A stretch of 64,000 nt of DNA from contig JBBSVN010000004.1 of the NCBI GenBank assembly GCA_038046765.1, positions 32,001 through 96,000 of the forward strand. The letters are read 5' to 3'. Numbering within the stretch: the first letter of the stretch is position 1; every line of letters starts with the position of its first letter. Positions 50,337 to 59,509 of this stretch are shown here, in pieces. This DNA is from Candidatus Micrarchaeota archaeon. Its GTDB lineage: Archaea; Micrarchaeota; Micrarchaeia; Anstonellales; Bilamarchaeaceae. The notes below the pieces were generated by a model that was given only the letters and a program-made list of their open reading frames with translations, searched no databases and was not told the origin of the DNA. A program made the translations under genes and the position numbers.

Positions 50337-50340
50337 CTAA

Positions 50341-50613
50341 TTGCCAATATTTAAATATTTTGCCATTTATAAGATAGATATGGCAAACGAGAGTATTACA
50401 TTAATTGATCAATACGGAAGGTTAGTTGTACCAAAATCAATAAGAGACAAATTCGAAACTAAGCAAGTTGTTTTGATTTATGATGAAAAAAATAAAGATG
50501 CACATATCATCCCAGTAAAGAATATATCCGAATGGAAAGGAAAATTTAAAGGAATACTAAAAAATTATATGAAAGAACACGAGGAAGACCAGAATGATAC
50601 TCATCGTAGATAG
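50341..50613 (+). CDS. AbrB/MazE-type antitoxin (likely start 50380)
   Basis: IDQYGRLVVPKSIR; overlaps the downstream PIN gene. Confidence 0.8.
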   Translation: MPIFKYFAIYKIDMANESITLIDQYGRLVVPKSIRDKFETKQVVLIYDEKNKDAHIIPVKNISEWKGKFKGILKNYMKEHEEDQNDTHRR

Positions 50614-50971
50614 TTGGGCTTGGCTAGCAACTGGTGAAGAGGGAAGACACGCAGATGAATCAATAGAACTAATAAGCAACAAGAAAAATGAAATTTTAAC
50701 AACAATGCTCAATATATACGAAGTATACTATAGGGTTACGCAAGCGTATGGAGAAGAAAAGGCAAGAAAATTCATAGAATCGATAAAACAAAGAGCCAGA
50801 ATTGTCGAAGTGGATGAGGAGCTAACATTTCTTGCAGCAAATTTGCATTTAAAAGAAAAACTTTCAGTAATAGATGCATTTGTTTATGCTACCGCACTAA
50901 AGGAAAACGGACAAGTTCTTACAGGAGACCCTCATTTTAAAGGAAAGGAAATGGTAATTTTTATTGAATAA
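50594..50971 (+). CDS. vapC: VapC PIN-domain toxin
   Basis: IVDSWAW, NIYEV, LSVIDA, LTGDPHF. Confidence 0.9.
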   Translation: MILIVDSWAWLATGEEGRHADESIELISNKKNEILTTMLNIYEVYYRVTQAYGEEKARKFIESIKQRARIVEVDEELTFLAANLHLKEKLSVIDAFVYATALKENGQVLTGDPHFKGKEMVIFIE

Positions 50972-50974
50972 TTT

Positions 50975-51166
50975 TTATCCTCTTTTTGGTTTTGATGCAG
51001 ATAGTGAATCCGTCAAACCTTTATTAGCAAAAGCATCATGTGCAATTGGTTTTCCGGATGCCCAAGGTGGAGAACTTAATTTTGCACCTGCAAAAATACT
51101 TTTTGGATTATCCATACAAGTTCGATATTTTGGTTGTTGAGCTTGGTTCACAGAAACGATAGACAT
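50975..51166 (-). CDS. small hypothetical protein
   Basis: 63 aa with GAGGTG SD upstream. Confidence 0.5.
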   Translation of the reverse strand: MSIVSVNQAQQPKYRTCMDNPKSIFAGAKLSSPPWASGKPIAHDAFANKGLTDSLSASKPKRG

Positions 51167-51287
51167 AAACGCACCTCGAAATTATTTGTTAGTTCGAATT
51201 TGTATTTTATTCCAATTTAAATCCTGCGTTATGTTTGTTACAAAAATATTTATTTTTGTTTTTTATGGAACAGATTGCAAACCTTTT

Positions 51288-51340
51288 TATAGTGGGACAA
51301 CATCAGAGCAGTTACAAACCAATAGATTTATATAGTGGGA
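51288..51340 (+). promoter_or_regulatory. tandem TATA-GTGGGA boxes upstream of the AbrB-hisS operon
   Basis: TATAGTGGGA at 51288-51297 and 51331-51340, each preceded by a T-run. Confidence 0.45.
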
Positions 51341-51414
51341 AAGAGTTAGTCAATATGTTAAAAGAAATTAAACATTATTTATAATTAAGAAAAGATGTAA
51401 TAGAGGTTTGTAAA

Positions 51415-51692
51415 ATGGTTAAAAGGGATGTTCTTCACGAGGGATTTTCTTCATTGTGCTCGATTCAAAGGCACGCCTAGTTTTACCATTAGAAATTCGT
51501 GACACCCTTAATGTAAAAAAGAACGAGAAAATTCTAATTAGCGTTAGCGATGCTAAGGAAGACAAAATCACTATAGAAATTTCTAAGCCTAGCATAAGCG
51601 ATGAAACGGATTCAATCTCATACTCCAGGAATGGAAAATATGTGAATCGGAGAAATACAGAAACTAAAGACAAACAGAATGAGGTGGATTAA
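51415..51692 (+). CDS. AbrB/MraZ-like DNA-binding protein; SD-led start at 51415 needs two +1 shifts (ORF track start 51456)
   Basis: IVLDSKARLVLPLEIR motif; tandem sites AGGGATGTTCTTCAC (51424) and AGGGATTTTCTTCAT (51440). Confidence 0.7.
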
Positions 51693-51744
51693 ATGAACAA
51701 AACAAAAAAAGGTGAAAAAGGAAAAGAGGTAAAAAGGGATTTAC
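51681..51744 (+). repeat. 64-bp leader cassette, copy A
   Basis: 58/64 identical to 52477-52540, last 36 nt identical. Confidence 0.9.
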
Positions 51745-52488
51745 TTCATCAAAAAAGATAGACAACTGAAGGAAAGAACTCGGAGAGTTTTTCGTTCGTT
51801 ATACAAGCAAGACATAATCTCTGAAGAAGAAATTGATAAAATCGAGATTCAGGAATGCGGGGAAAAATTAGTTCGTATTGAAGACCCAAAGATTATAATA
51901 GAAAAATCCGTAAAAAGACAGAAATTTGATGGAGAGGGTATTCTTTATGCTCGCCAAACCGTTGCAAAAATGCTGTATCAAGCTGCGGATACTTTGCCTT
52001 TAGGTTTTAAACTAAAATTTTTTGATGCATACAGACCATTAGAATTCCAACGAATGTTATTTGAAGAGGAATATCAAAGAACTAAAAAAGCAAATCCTGG
52101 TTTAGATGAGAGCGAAATCAGAAAGATTGTTTTTGTTTCAGTTTACCCTCCTAGCTATGATTTACAGAAACCCCCTCCGCACAGTACAGGTGGTGCGATT
52201 GATCTAACGATTTTAGATCAAAGTGAAAAGGAATTGGATATGGGTTCTAGATATTGTGAATTTGGAGAGAGCATGCACACAAATTACCCGAACTTGACTA
52301 GTTCTCAAGCCAAAAATCGATTGATACTATTAAATACGATGCTCAATGCAGGTTTTGCTAACTTTCCAGGTGAATGGTGGCACTACATGTATGGCGAAAG
52401 AGAGTATGTTGCGTATACATCAAAAATAATAGGAAAGGCAATGACTGCGATATATGCAGGTACAAAAACAAAACAAGAGGTGGAGTAA
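51693..52488 (+). CDS. VanX-like D-Ala-D-Ala dipeptidase (M15); SD-led ATG 51693 is out of frame, +1 shift proposed near 51746
   Basis: IQECGEKLV, FDAYRP, PPHSTGGAIDLT, DMG, EWWHY; frame open from 51733 with no ATG/GTG/TTG until 51970. Confidence 0.85.
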
Positions 52489-52540
52489 ATGAATAGAATG
52501 AAACAAGGTGAAAAAGGAAAAGAGGTAAAAAGGGATTTAC
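52477..52540 (+). repeat. 64-bp leader cassette, copy B
   Basis: Direct repeat of 51681-51744. Confidence 0.9.
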
Positions 52541-53677
52541 GGCACAGATACTAAGAAAGTATTTGTTTCGAGAAGTACTTGCGAAATTGAAACAATACGC
52601 AAACCATATTATGGAATAAATGTATCCCAAGGTGAAGAACCAATAGATCAACTAGATTTTCTTTTCTTTGTAAAGCGATTAGGGATTCCAATAACTGTTT
52701 TTATAGCAGGGCAATATGGAGTATTAAACGACAAAAACGGATCTGAATTAGCTAGAAAAGAGATGATAAAGGAAAATCTTTTTAGAAAATTATTTGAAAT
52801 TTTTAAAGTAAATGGACAAACTCTCGTAACCCGTCAATTATGGAGCGGTTCACCTTACTGGCAATGTGTTCTGGATTTAATAGATAATAAAGAAATGCCT
52901 TACAAAGCTAAACAGAATAATGAAAGATTTCAAAGAATAAAAACAGCATTACAAACTGATATTAAAGGATCTGCAAGACAATTATCAGAAAAAGTATTTG
53001 ATAGATTAGCTGATTTTGAGCCATCTTCATTTTATACTTTGTTTGAAGTAGCAGAAGCAAAATATTTTAGAGAAATATCGAAATATGATTCTAAAATAGG
53101 TCCGGAAAGCGAAGAACCTTATGATAGGTTCATTCGGGAATTTATGCCAACAATCCAGTTATACCAACCAATATACTTGGATTCAACATTAGAAAAAACA
53201 AGCAGAGCAATTCCGTATATGACTGGCAAATGGGGCGGAGAAAGAGTTTACTTAACTGACTCAAAAGAGGATTTATTGACAAAAGTTTACAAAGCATCCC
53301 AAAGAACTGATAGAACTCCGGTTTTTTGGAAGATAAATGGTTATTCTGCAGAGGAAACACTAACTATAAATCCATTTGCAAGATTAACTATTTTTGCACT
53401 TGAATCAGCAAGAATAGTTGATTGTTTACCCTTAAGGTTGGGCAATAGAAGCATCTATTCTTCAGAAGAAGCTCTAGAGTTCTTAGATAAATCAGGTTCC
53501 CGAGATTTACCTAAAATGGCTGGCGTTGTGGGAGAAGCGATTTGGAATTACATCCTAAGGCCAGTTCAACAACCCCTTATAAAAAAATACTTCGAAATTT
53601 CGCGCAGTTATAATGACTTTGGTGAAGAATATTTTCGTAAAGAAATAGCGCACATGAGGAGGGATGATCTACTATGA
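52489..53677 (+). CDS. hypothetical protein, possibly class I aaRS-like fold; SD-led ATG 52489 is out of frame, +1 shift proposed near 52542
   Basis: Frame of ORF 52763 is open from 52529 (KGIYGTDTKK...PYYGINVSQG...) with no ATG/GTG/TTG before 52763. Confidence 0.65.
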
Positions 53678-54387
53678 AAAAAATTGGGATTTTAGGGGGG
53701 ATGGGACCAGAAAGTACGGCCCATACATACATGAAAATGATTGAATATTGTCAGAAAGAGTATGGGGCAAAACAAGATGCTGATTTCCCCCCAATTGTCA
53801 TTTATAGTTGCCCTATTCCGGACGTAGTAAACATAAATAATAAAGAAGTCGAGCTACTGGAAAACTTAGAAAGTGGAATAGATTTGCTAAAGAACGCAGG
53901 TTGTAAATTTGCAATAATTCCTTGCAATTCAGTACAGAGTTTTTTACCTGTACTTAGCAAAAAACTTCCGATAATTTCAATAGTCGAAGAAACTATCGAA
54001 GAACTAACGAAATTAGGAATAAAGAAAGTCGGACTCCTAGCTACGCAAACAACGCTTTCTAAAAGAATTTATCAACAGGCTTTGGAAAAACAAGGAATCG
54101 AAATGATTCTGCCAGAAAACCAAAAAGAAGTAACAGAGGTAATTAGGAAAATCCTTGAGGGTAAGAAAGAAGAAACCAAAGAAAAATTATACAACATAAT
54201 AAATAATCTGAAACGCAAAGGTGCAGGTGCAGTAATATTAGCGTGTACAGATTTACCATTAATAGTTGACAAAAAAGATTTTGATATCGCAATATTAGAC
54301 ACTGTAGAAATTCTCGCAAAAGCCGCAGTTAAAAAATATTACCAGTTAATTGATTATAGGTTAAAAAGTTCGAGGTCAAATAAATGA
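53674..54387 (+). CDS. aspartate/glutamate racemase family protein
   Basis: IGILGGMGPEST, IPCNS, GLLAT, ILACTDLP. Confidence 0.92.
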   Translation: MKKIGILGGMGPESTAHTYMKMIEYCQKEYGAKQDADFPPIVIYSCPIPDVVNINNKEVELLENLESGIDLLKNAGCKFAIIPCNSVQSFLPVLSKKLPIISIVEETIEELTKLGIKKVGLLATQTTLSKRIYQQALEKQGIEMILPENQKEVTEVIRKILEGKKEETKEKLYNIINNLKRKGAGAVILACTDLPLIVDKKDFDIAILDTVEILAKAAVKKYYQLIDYRLKSSRSNK

Positions 54388-55619
54388 AAGGAACACCAAA
54401 AGGAATGCGGGATATACTCCCTGAAGACGCAATGCTGCGAAGGCAAGTGCTAGAACTGGTTGAAAAAGTTTATCGAAGTTACGGTTATGTTCCAATTGAA
54501 ACTCCTGCAATTGAATATTTATCAACACTTAAAGCAAAAGGCGGAGAAGAAATTAACAAACAAATATTTATTTTCAAAGATGAAGAAGTTGGATTACGCT
54601 TTGATTTAACCGTCCCTCTTGCTCGAGTAGCAGCTACAAATGTATTTACTAAGCCATTCAAACGATACGCATTTGCACCAGTCTGGAGATATGAAGAACC
54701 TCAAAAAGGAAGGTTTCGGGAATTTTGGCAGGCAGATATTGATATTATTGGAACTAAAGGTATGCGGGCTGAAGCTGAATTATTGACAGCAGCTAGAAAC
54801 GCACTAGTTGCACTTGGATTTAAGGAACTAAGAATTTTACTAAATAACCGAAAAATACTTGATGCATTAGCTAAGAAACTAGAAATAGAAGACAAAAAAG
54901 AATCAGTATTCAGATTACTAGATAAGATAGACAAAGTTGGAAAAGAAAAAGTTGAAGAAGAATTAAATGAAGTAATTGGAAGCGAAAAAACTAAGGAACT
55001 ACTCTCAATTCTAACTGTTTCGGGCGATAACAAAAAGAAACTTGAAATAATTAAATCAATAAGCGAAGACGGCGCAAAAGAACTGGAGGACATTTTAGCA
55101 CTAACTAACTTTGAAATCGAAATAGATTTGCTACTTGTTCGTGGTTTAGGATACTATACTGGACCAATATTTGAAATAAAAGGTAGCGAGAATATAGGTT
55201 CAATAGCAGGTGGCGGAAGGTATGATAATCTTCTAGCGGTTTATGGAAAGGAAGACGCTGCAGTTGGAATTAGTTTAGGAATTGAGCGAATAATTACACT
55301 TTTAAAAGAAAAACAAATTCAACTAAAGCGAACTTATAGTAGCGTACTAGTTGCAAATGTAAAACCAGAGTTCTATTCTTATGCAGCACAAATAGCGGGA
55401 AAACTACGAGAAAATGGAATAAATGTAGAGACAGATTTAAACGAACGAAACTTAAGAAAACAATTTGATTATGCAAATTCTTTAGGGATAAGTTATGTAA
55501 TAATTGTCGGGGAAAAGGAAATTAAAGAAAACAAGGTAACGCTAAGGAATATGAATTTAGGGGATGAAAAATTCCTAGACTTAGGGGCAACAGTTAGCCT
55601 TTTAAAAGCTTCTGTGTAA
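54384..55619 (+). CDS. hisS: histidyl-tRNA synthetase
   Basis: PKGMRD, LRFDLTVPLAR, QKGRFREFWQ, LVRGLGYYTG, GGGRYD, GIER. Confidence 0.97.
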   Translation: MKGTPKGMRDILPEDAMLRRQVLELVEKVYRSYGYVPIETPAIEYLSTLKAKGGEEINKQIFIFKDEEVGLRFDLTVPLARVAATNVFTKPFKRYAFAPVWRYEEPQKGRFREFWQADIDIIGTKGMRAEAELLTAARNALVALGFKELRILLNNRKILDALAKKLEIEDKKESVFRLLDKIDKVGKEKVEEELNEVIGSEKTKELLSILTVSGDNKKKLEIIKSISEDGAKELEDILALTNFEIEIDLLLVRGLGYYTGPIFEIKGSENIGSIAGGGRYDNLLAVYGKEDAAVGISLGIERIITLLKEKQIQLKRTYSSVLVANVKPEFYSYAAQIAGKLRENGINVETDLNERNLRKQFDYANSLGISYVIIVGEKEIKENKVTLRNMNLGDEKFLDLGATVSLLKASV

Positions 55620-55623
55620 ATTT

Positions 55624-56445
55624 ATGTATATGTCTGGAAAAATGATTGAATACATGAGACGGGGTAGGAGTTCAAGACCTAGCCGTTTTTCAGCACTTCT
55701 TTTAGGTGCAGTAGCATCTTTTTCATCAAGATTACTAAATGCAGATGAACCTGCTACAAAAAATAGACCAGCAGTTACTACTGTAGCAAACAAAGCAGAT
55801 GATGATTTAAGGCGAAAAATTGTAGATGGGGCAATTGACCAAATAAGCAAAGAATATTGTGGCATTGGAGGTACAAACCCAAAAAATAAACATTGTTTAA
55901 ACTGTTTAGGATTAGTATATGCTGCATTAGAAAAAATAGGAGTAAACTCACAAAAATTAAGCCGAAACGGAACGCAAATGATTCCACAACTTTTAGGCTT
56001 GCATGGGATTGCAACATACCAATTCAAAGCAGATATGACAAATGACAAATTATTTTTACTTGTGCTCGAACAAGAGGATGGCAAGGTAAAGGAAACATTT
56101 ATTGAAAATGTCACCAAGAAAAGTCTTGAGAAAAATCTGCCACCAGGATATGTATTATTTTTGGTAAATCCTAGGCCAAATAAAAATGAAAACGGCCAAT
56201 TAAAAGAAAATCCTGTTGCAATAATTAATACACAAACAGGAAAACTTAATAGATATTGGATTTGGCACACAGGTATAAGCTCGGATTCGCTAGGGGAAAT
56301 GGTTCATGCTTCTTATGTACCTGAAGGGAATGTAATGCACGGACACGTCCAATCGGAAGATTTAACAGCATTCGTTTCGAATTTAGGTTACAGTGGAGTT
56401 ATTGCTGTAAAACCAAACTTTGCAGCACTTAGGAAAGTTAAATAG
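55624..56445 (+). CDS. NlpC/P60-like papain-fold peptidase, probably exported
   Basis: NCLGLVYAAL, WHTGI, MVHAS; hydrophobic N-terminal segment after an Arg-rich start. Confidence 0.6.
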   Translation: MYMSGKMIEYMRRGRSSRPSRFSALLLGAVASFSSRLLNADEPATKNRPAVTTVANKADDDLRRKIVDGAIDQISKEYCGIGGTNPKNKHCLNCLGLVYAALEKIGVNSQKLSRNGTQMIPQLLGLHGIATYQFKADMTNDKLFLLVLEQEDGKVKETFIENVTKKSLEKNLPPGYVLFLVNPRPNKNENGQLKENPVAIINTQTGKLNRYWIWHTGISSDSLGEMVHASYVPEGNVMHGHVQSEDLTAFVSNLGYSGVIAVKPNFAALRKVK

Positions 56446-56451
56446 AACTAG

Positions 56452-57729
56452 TTGAAAATTATGGCAGAAGCAATGGAAATAGGAAAACCAAGAGAAATTA
56501 CAAATGCGCCCCTAGATTCAAAAAGAAAGAAAATGCTTGAGTATATAAGAGAAAGAATCGCACAGAACCAACCAGTTTTAGGAGAAAAAATATATAAACT
56601 AGATATTAATTTAAAATCTAAGTATAAAAAAGCCGAATTTAGTGATGTATTTAAGAAATTAGTTGGAATAGAAATGGAAAAAGATTTTCCAGATTTAGCA
56701 GCGATAAATGCCAAAGTTGAAAATCAGGACATCAGAGTAGCATTAGATAAGACCACAGTTAATTGGCTTTATTTAAAGATGAATGGAAAGAAAACAGATG
56801 GAATTGAAGCAAAGATAAAACCAGACACTCTGAAAAAGTTAAACCTGACTTATGATCAGATAAGGAAAAAATCCATAATTTCAATTGAAATAAAAGTTAA
56901 TTTAGGGGTAGTACCAACTTTAGCTGCTGAAAATAGAAATTTATCAGAAGAATCAAGAAAAGCATATGAAAGCGAGCAACCGTTTATTATATTTGGTTTT
57001 AAAAGAGAATATTTAGGACAGGTGTTAGCTCTTTACGAGAACACAGGCGAGCCTGCCAGAGTAAATAAAAAGCCTTCGGATAAGCCCTGGAAAGGAGAGA
57101 TAGAAAATGATCAGACTAAAGTAGTTGACGCTCAGATAAAAGAGCAGATACTAGCTAATTTAAACAAAGGCTTTCCATCTGGAATTTTTATATCAAAACC
57201 GTATGATTGTATCACACTAATAAACCGAGCTTTGGCAAGCGCAGGATTAAGAAGAGTAAATAATAATGCAGGAAATACACTGTTTCAAGCCATAGATAAA
57301 AAAGGATCGACTTTAGTTACAGCGGAAAAACTGGTTGCTAGTCCTAAAAAAGTTTTTGAAGATGCTAAACCAAAAGATGGGGACATCGTCTTTTTTCTAA
57401 AAGCAATTGATGCCAAGGAAATAGAATGGAGAAAAAAGGTGGGTGACCGGGTTTTTAAAAATCCAACAGACGGACTTACATATGCTGTATCCCACGTTTC
57501 TATGTACACAAAAGGAGGTAGTAGTGGCCATCTTCTTTTACAGGCACATATAAACAGAGGGACAATTAAGTCTGATGATGCAGTCAAATATATTGCAAAC
57601 AATGTTCGACCGTATAATCAAGAAAATAAAAAACCTTTTAACGCAATCGCAATTCTGCCATTAAGCGCACTTGGAGTAACAAGCCAACTTCTAGCAACAG
57701 TACCAAAAAAATCACAAAAAACAATGTGA
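56452..57729 (+). CDS. protein with C-terminal NlpC/P60-like domain
   Basis: YDCITLINRAL, DGDIVFF, SHVSMY, LLQAH. Confidence 0.65.
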   Translation: MKIMAEAMEIGKPREITNAPLDSKRKKMLEYIRERIAQNQPVLGEKIYKLDINLKSKYKKAEFSDVFKKLVGIEMEKDFPDLAAINAKVENQDIRVALDKTTVNWLYLKMNGKKTDGIEAKIKPDTLKKLNLTYDQIRKKSIISIEIKVNLGVVPTLAAENRNLSEESRKAYESEQPFIIFGFKREYLGQVLALYENTGEPARVNKKPSDKPWKGEIENDQTKVVDAQIKEQILANLNKGFPSGIFISKPYDCITLINRALASAGLRRVNNNAGNTLFQAIDKKGSTLVTAEKLVASPKKVFEDAKPKDGDIVFFLKAIDAKEIEWRKKVGDRVFKNPTDGLTYAVSHVSMYTKGGSSGHLLLQAHINRGTIKSDDAVKYIANNVRPYNQENKKPFNAIAILPLSALGVTSQLLATVPKKSQKTM

Positions 57730-57730
57730 A

Positions 57731-58990
57731 GTGATAAACTTGAGTGAGCAAACCTTATCACAAGAAAGTAAAAAACCATTAGTCAAAATAAGGTTCGATA
57801 CAGACACGCAAGGCAGAGACCAAGCATTAGAACAAGCTACAAAACTAATCGAAAGCAGTAAAAAGGAAAAATCAGCAAAGGTCATTTATGTAAATGCGGA
57901 ATTTGATTTAAGTAAACTAAAACTAGCAGATCAAATAGCTAAAGTAAAACTTAATAATTTTACCAGCCTTCTTCGAATGGACAATGAAACAACAGATAAA
58001 ATTACATTTACAGCAAACTCTGGAACAAAGACAAATTTAAAGCTAGATTGGAGCATCCAGCAGTATCTTCTTTATTTAATTTCCCAAAAGCAGGGACAGA
58101 CATACACATTGCCAAGAAACTTTTTTATAGCAGATAAAAATAAACTTGACACTGAAGGGTTTGTTAAGAGAATTTTTGAAGGGGGAAAAATAAATGTAAA
58201 TGTAAGGGTAGAAATAATACAAAAAGATGCAGTAGCTGCAAATGGAACGACATCTGACAAAAGGTATATTGTTTTAGAAAGGACTAGCGGGAAAAAATAC
58301 GAGTATCTGGCATTTACTCCTGCTAATAATAGAAATACTAGTAAGAAGGAACTTAGGATACTAGCAAAAGACAGCATAGAACTAGGAAGACCGATAAAAA
58401 ATATATACATAGCTGCCCCATATAGTTGCATTGGTTTTGTTAATAAGGTACTAGAAAAATCGGGAGCAAATAAAGTTAAGCCATCACCCGCAATAGACTT
58501 TAATCGGTCTAATAAGGGCGAATCTGTTTTTGTAACGAGCGAAGAGGTAACAAAAAGGGGAAAAATAGATGGAACTACAATTGAGGAGACATTAAAAGCA
58601 GCACATAAAGGAGATATAATACTTTGTTTTACCTCGTTAATTAGCCGCGAGCAAATGATGACACAGGGTAAAGGTTGGGAAAAATTTGCCGAAGCTAAAG
58701 CAACGGAGTATACAAAAATAAACGGTGCACAAAGCGTGGTATGGAAAGGTAATGTTCCTTACATTGTAGGTCATGCTGCAATTTATGCAGGTAAAAACGA
58801 AAAGGGAGAACATATGATAAACCAGGCACATATTGGAAATGGTTTAATAGTAAGTGAACCAATAACCCCCTATTTTAAGATCGTTCTACCTAATCATTTC
58901 AACGCCTTTGCAATAATCTCTTATGATTATTTTAAGGACAAAAAATCAACAGAAGAAAAACTAGCAGCAATACCTAAAAGATCAATTTGA
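57731..58990 (+). CDS. protein with C-terminal NlpC/P60-like domain
   Basis: YSCIGFVNKVL, KGDIIL, GHAAIYAG, INQAH. Confidence 0.65.
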   Translation: MINLSEQTLSQESKKPLVKIRFDTDTQGRDQALEQATKLIESSKKEKSAKVIYVNAEFDLSKLKLADQIAKVKLNNFTSLLRMDNETTDKITFTANSGTKTNLKLDWSIQQYLLYLISQKQGQTYTLPRNFFIADKNKLDTEGFVKRIFEGGKINVNVRVEIIQKDAVAANGTTSDKRYIVLERTSGKKYEYLAFTPANNRNTSKKELRILAKDSIELGRPIKNIYIAAPYSCIGFVNKVLEKSGANKVKPSPAIDFNRSNKGESVFVTSEEVTKRGKIDGTTIEETLKAAHKGDIILCFTSLISREQMMTQGKGWEKFAEAKATEYTKINGAQSVVWKGNVPYIVGHAAIYAGKNEKGEHMINQAHIGNGLIVSEPITPYFKIVLPNHFNAFAIISYDYFKDKKSTEEKLAAIPKRSI

Positions 58991-59505
58991 TTTTTATGTT
59001 AAAAGCAAAACTACTTTATTTAAAAGATAAACAATTTTTCATAGATGAAAAAGGAGTCCTAAAATTCTTTGGAAAACCATTTGACTGCGCTCGGGATTTG
59101 AAAAAAGAGGGCTATGAATTATTGCATATTATAGATGTCGATGCACAAAAAGGCGTAAACACAAATATGGATGTTTATGATAAATTAACCTACAACATAA
59201 ACGTACAGGTTGAAATAGATTATAACGAAGCTTTAATTGCGAAACTCCTTCGAATGAATACAAGAATAGTTTTAGTTCTTCCTCCAAAAATTGACCTTGA
59301 AAAATTAGGTGAAAGGAAAAGATTATTAGTTGGAAAAGTTACGGCAAACTACGATGGGGACATAAGCAATGTGTTTGATGTTGTAATTGAAAACGCAACT
59401 ATGAAAGCAGTGGAAAAATTCAGCAAACTTGGAAAAAGAGTAATTGTTTACAATAAAGATTTCACTAAAGAAATGAAGAAACTAGTTTTTGCTGTTATTG
59501 AATAA
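58987..59505 (+). CDS. short, degenerate HisA/HisF-like barrel protein
   Basis: LHIIDVDA..G...N...INVQV resembles the HisA N-terminal half but lacks GGGIR; 172 aa. Confidence 0.5.
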   Translation: MIFMLKAKLLYLKDKQFFIDEKGVLKFFGKPFDCARDLKKEGYELLHIIDVDAQKGVNTNMDVYDKLTYNINVQVEIDYNEALIAKLLRMNTRIVLVLPPKIDLEKLGERKRLLVGKVTANYDGDISNVFDVVIENATMKAVEKFSKLGKRVIVYNKDFTKEMKKLVFAVIE

Positions 59506-59509
59506 AATT

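Noticed and set aside
51736..51744. Simple ATT initiation at GGG-ATT as the sole explanation of the broken starts
   Set aside because: Not excluded (the HTH-CBS gene may use GGTGAT-N4-ATT), but it does not explain the SD-led leader ORFs, TAA-ATG coupling or the His/Trp codon matching operon function; ranked second
51733..51745. -1 slippery heptamer G GAT TTA at the leader sites
   Set aside because: The -1 frame hits TGA within about 10 codons; the conserved protein is in the +1 frame
53653..53677. AGG GAT GAT CTA CTA before the racemase as another frameshift site
   Set aside because: Ordinary GGAGG SD with ATGA overlap; racemase has its own in-frame ATG and there is no His codon
58987..59505. 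Functional hisA
   Set aside because: Only 172 aa, lacks GGG phosphate-binding motifs, no other his biosynthesis genes in the window
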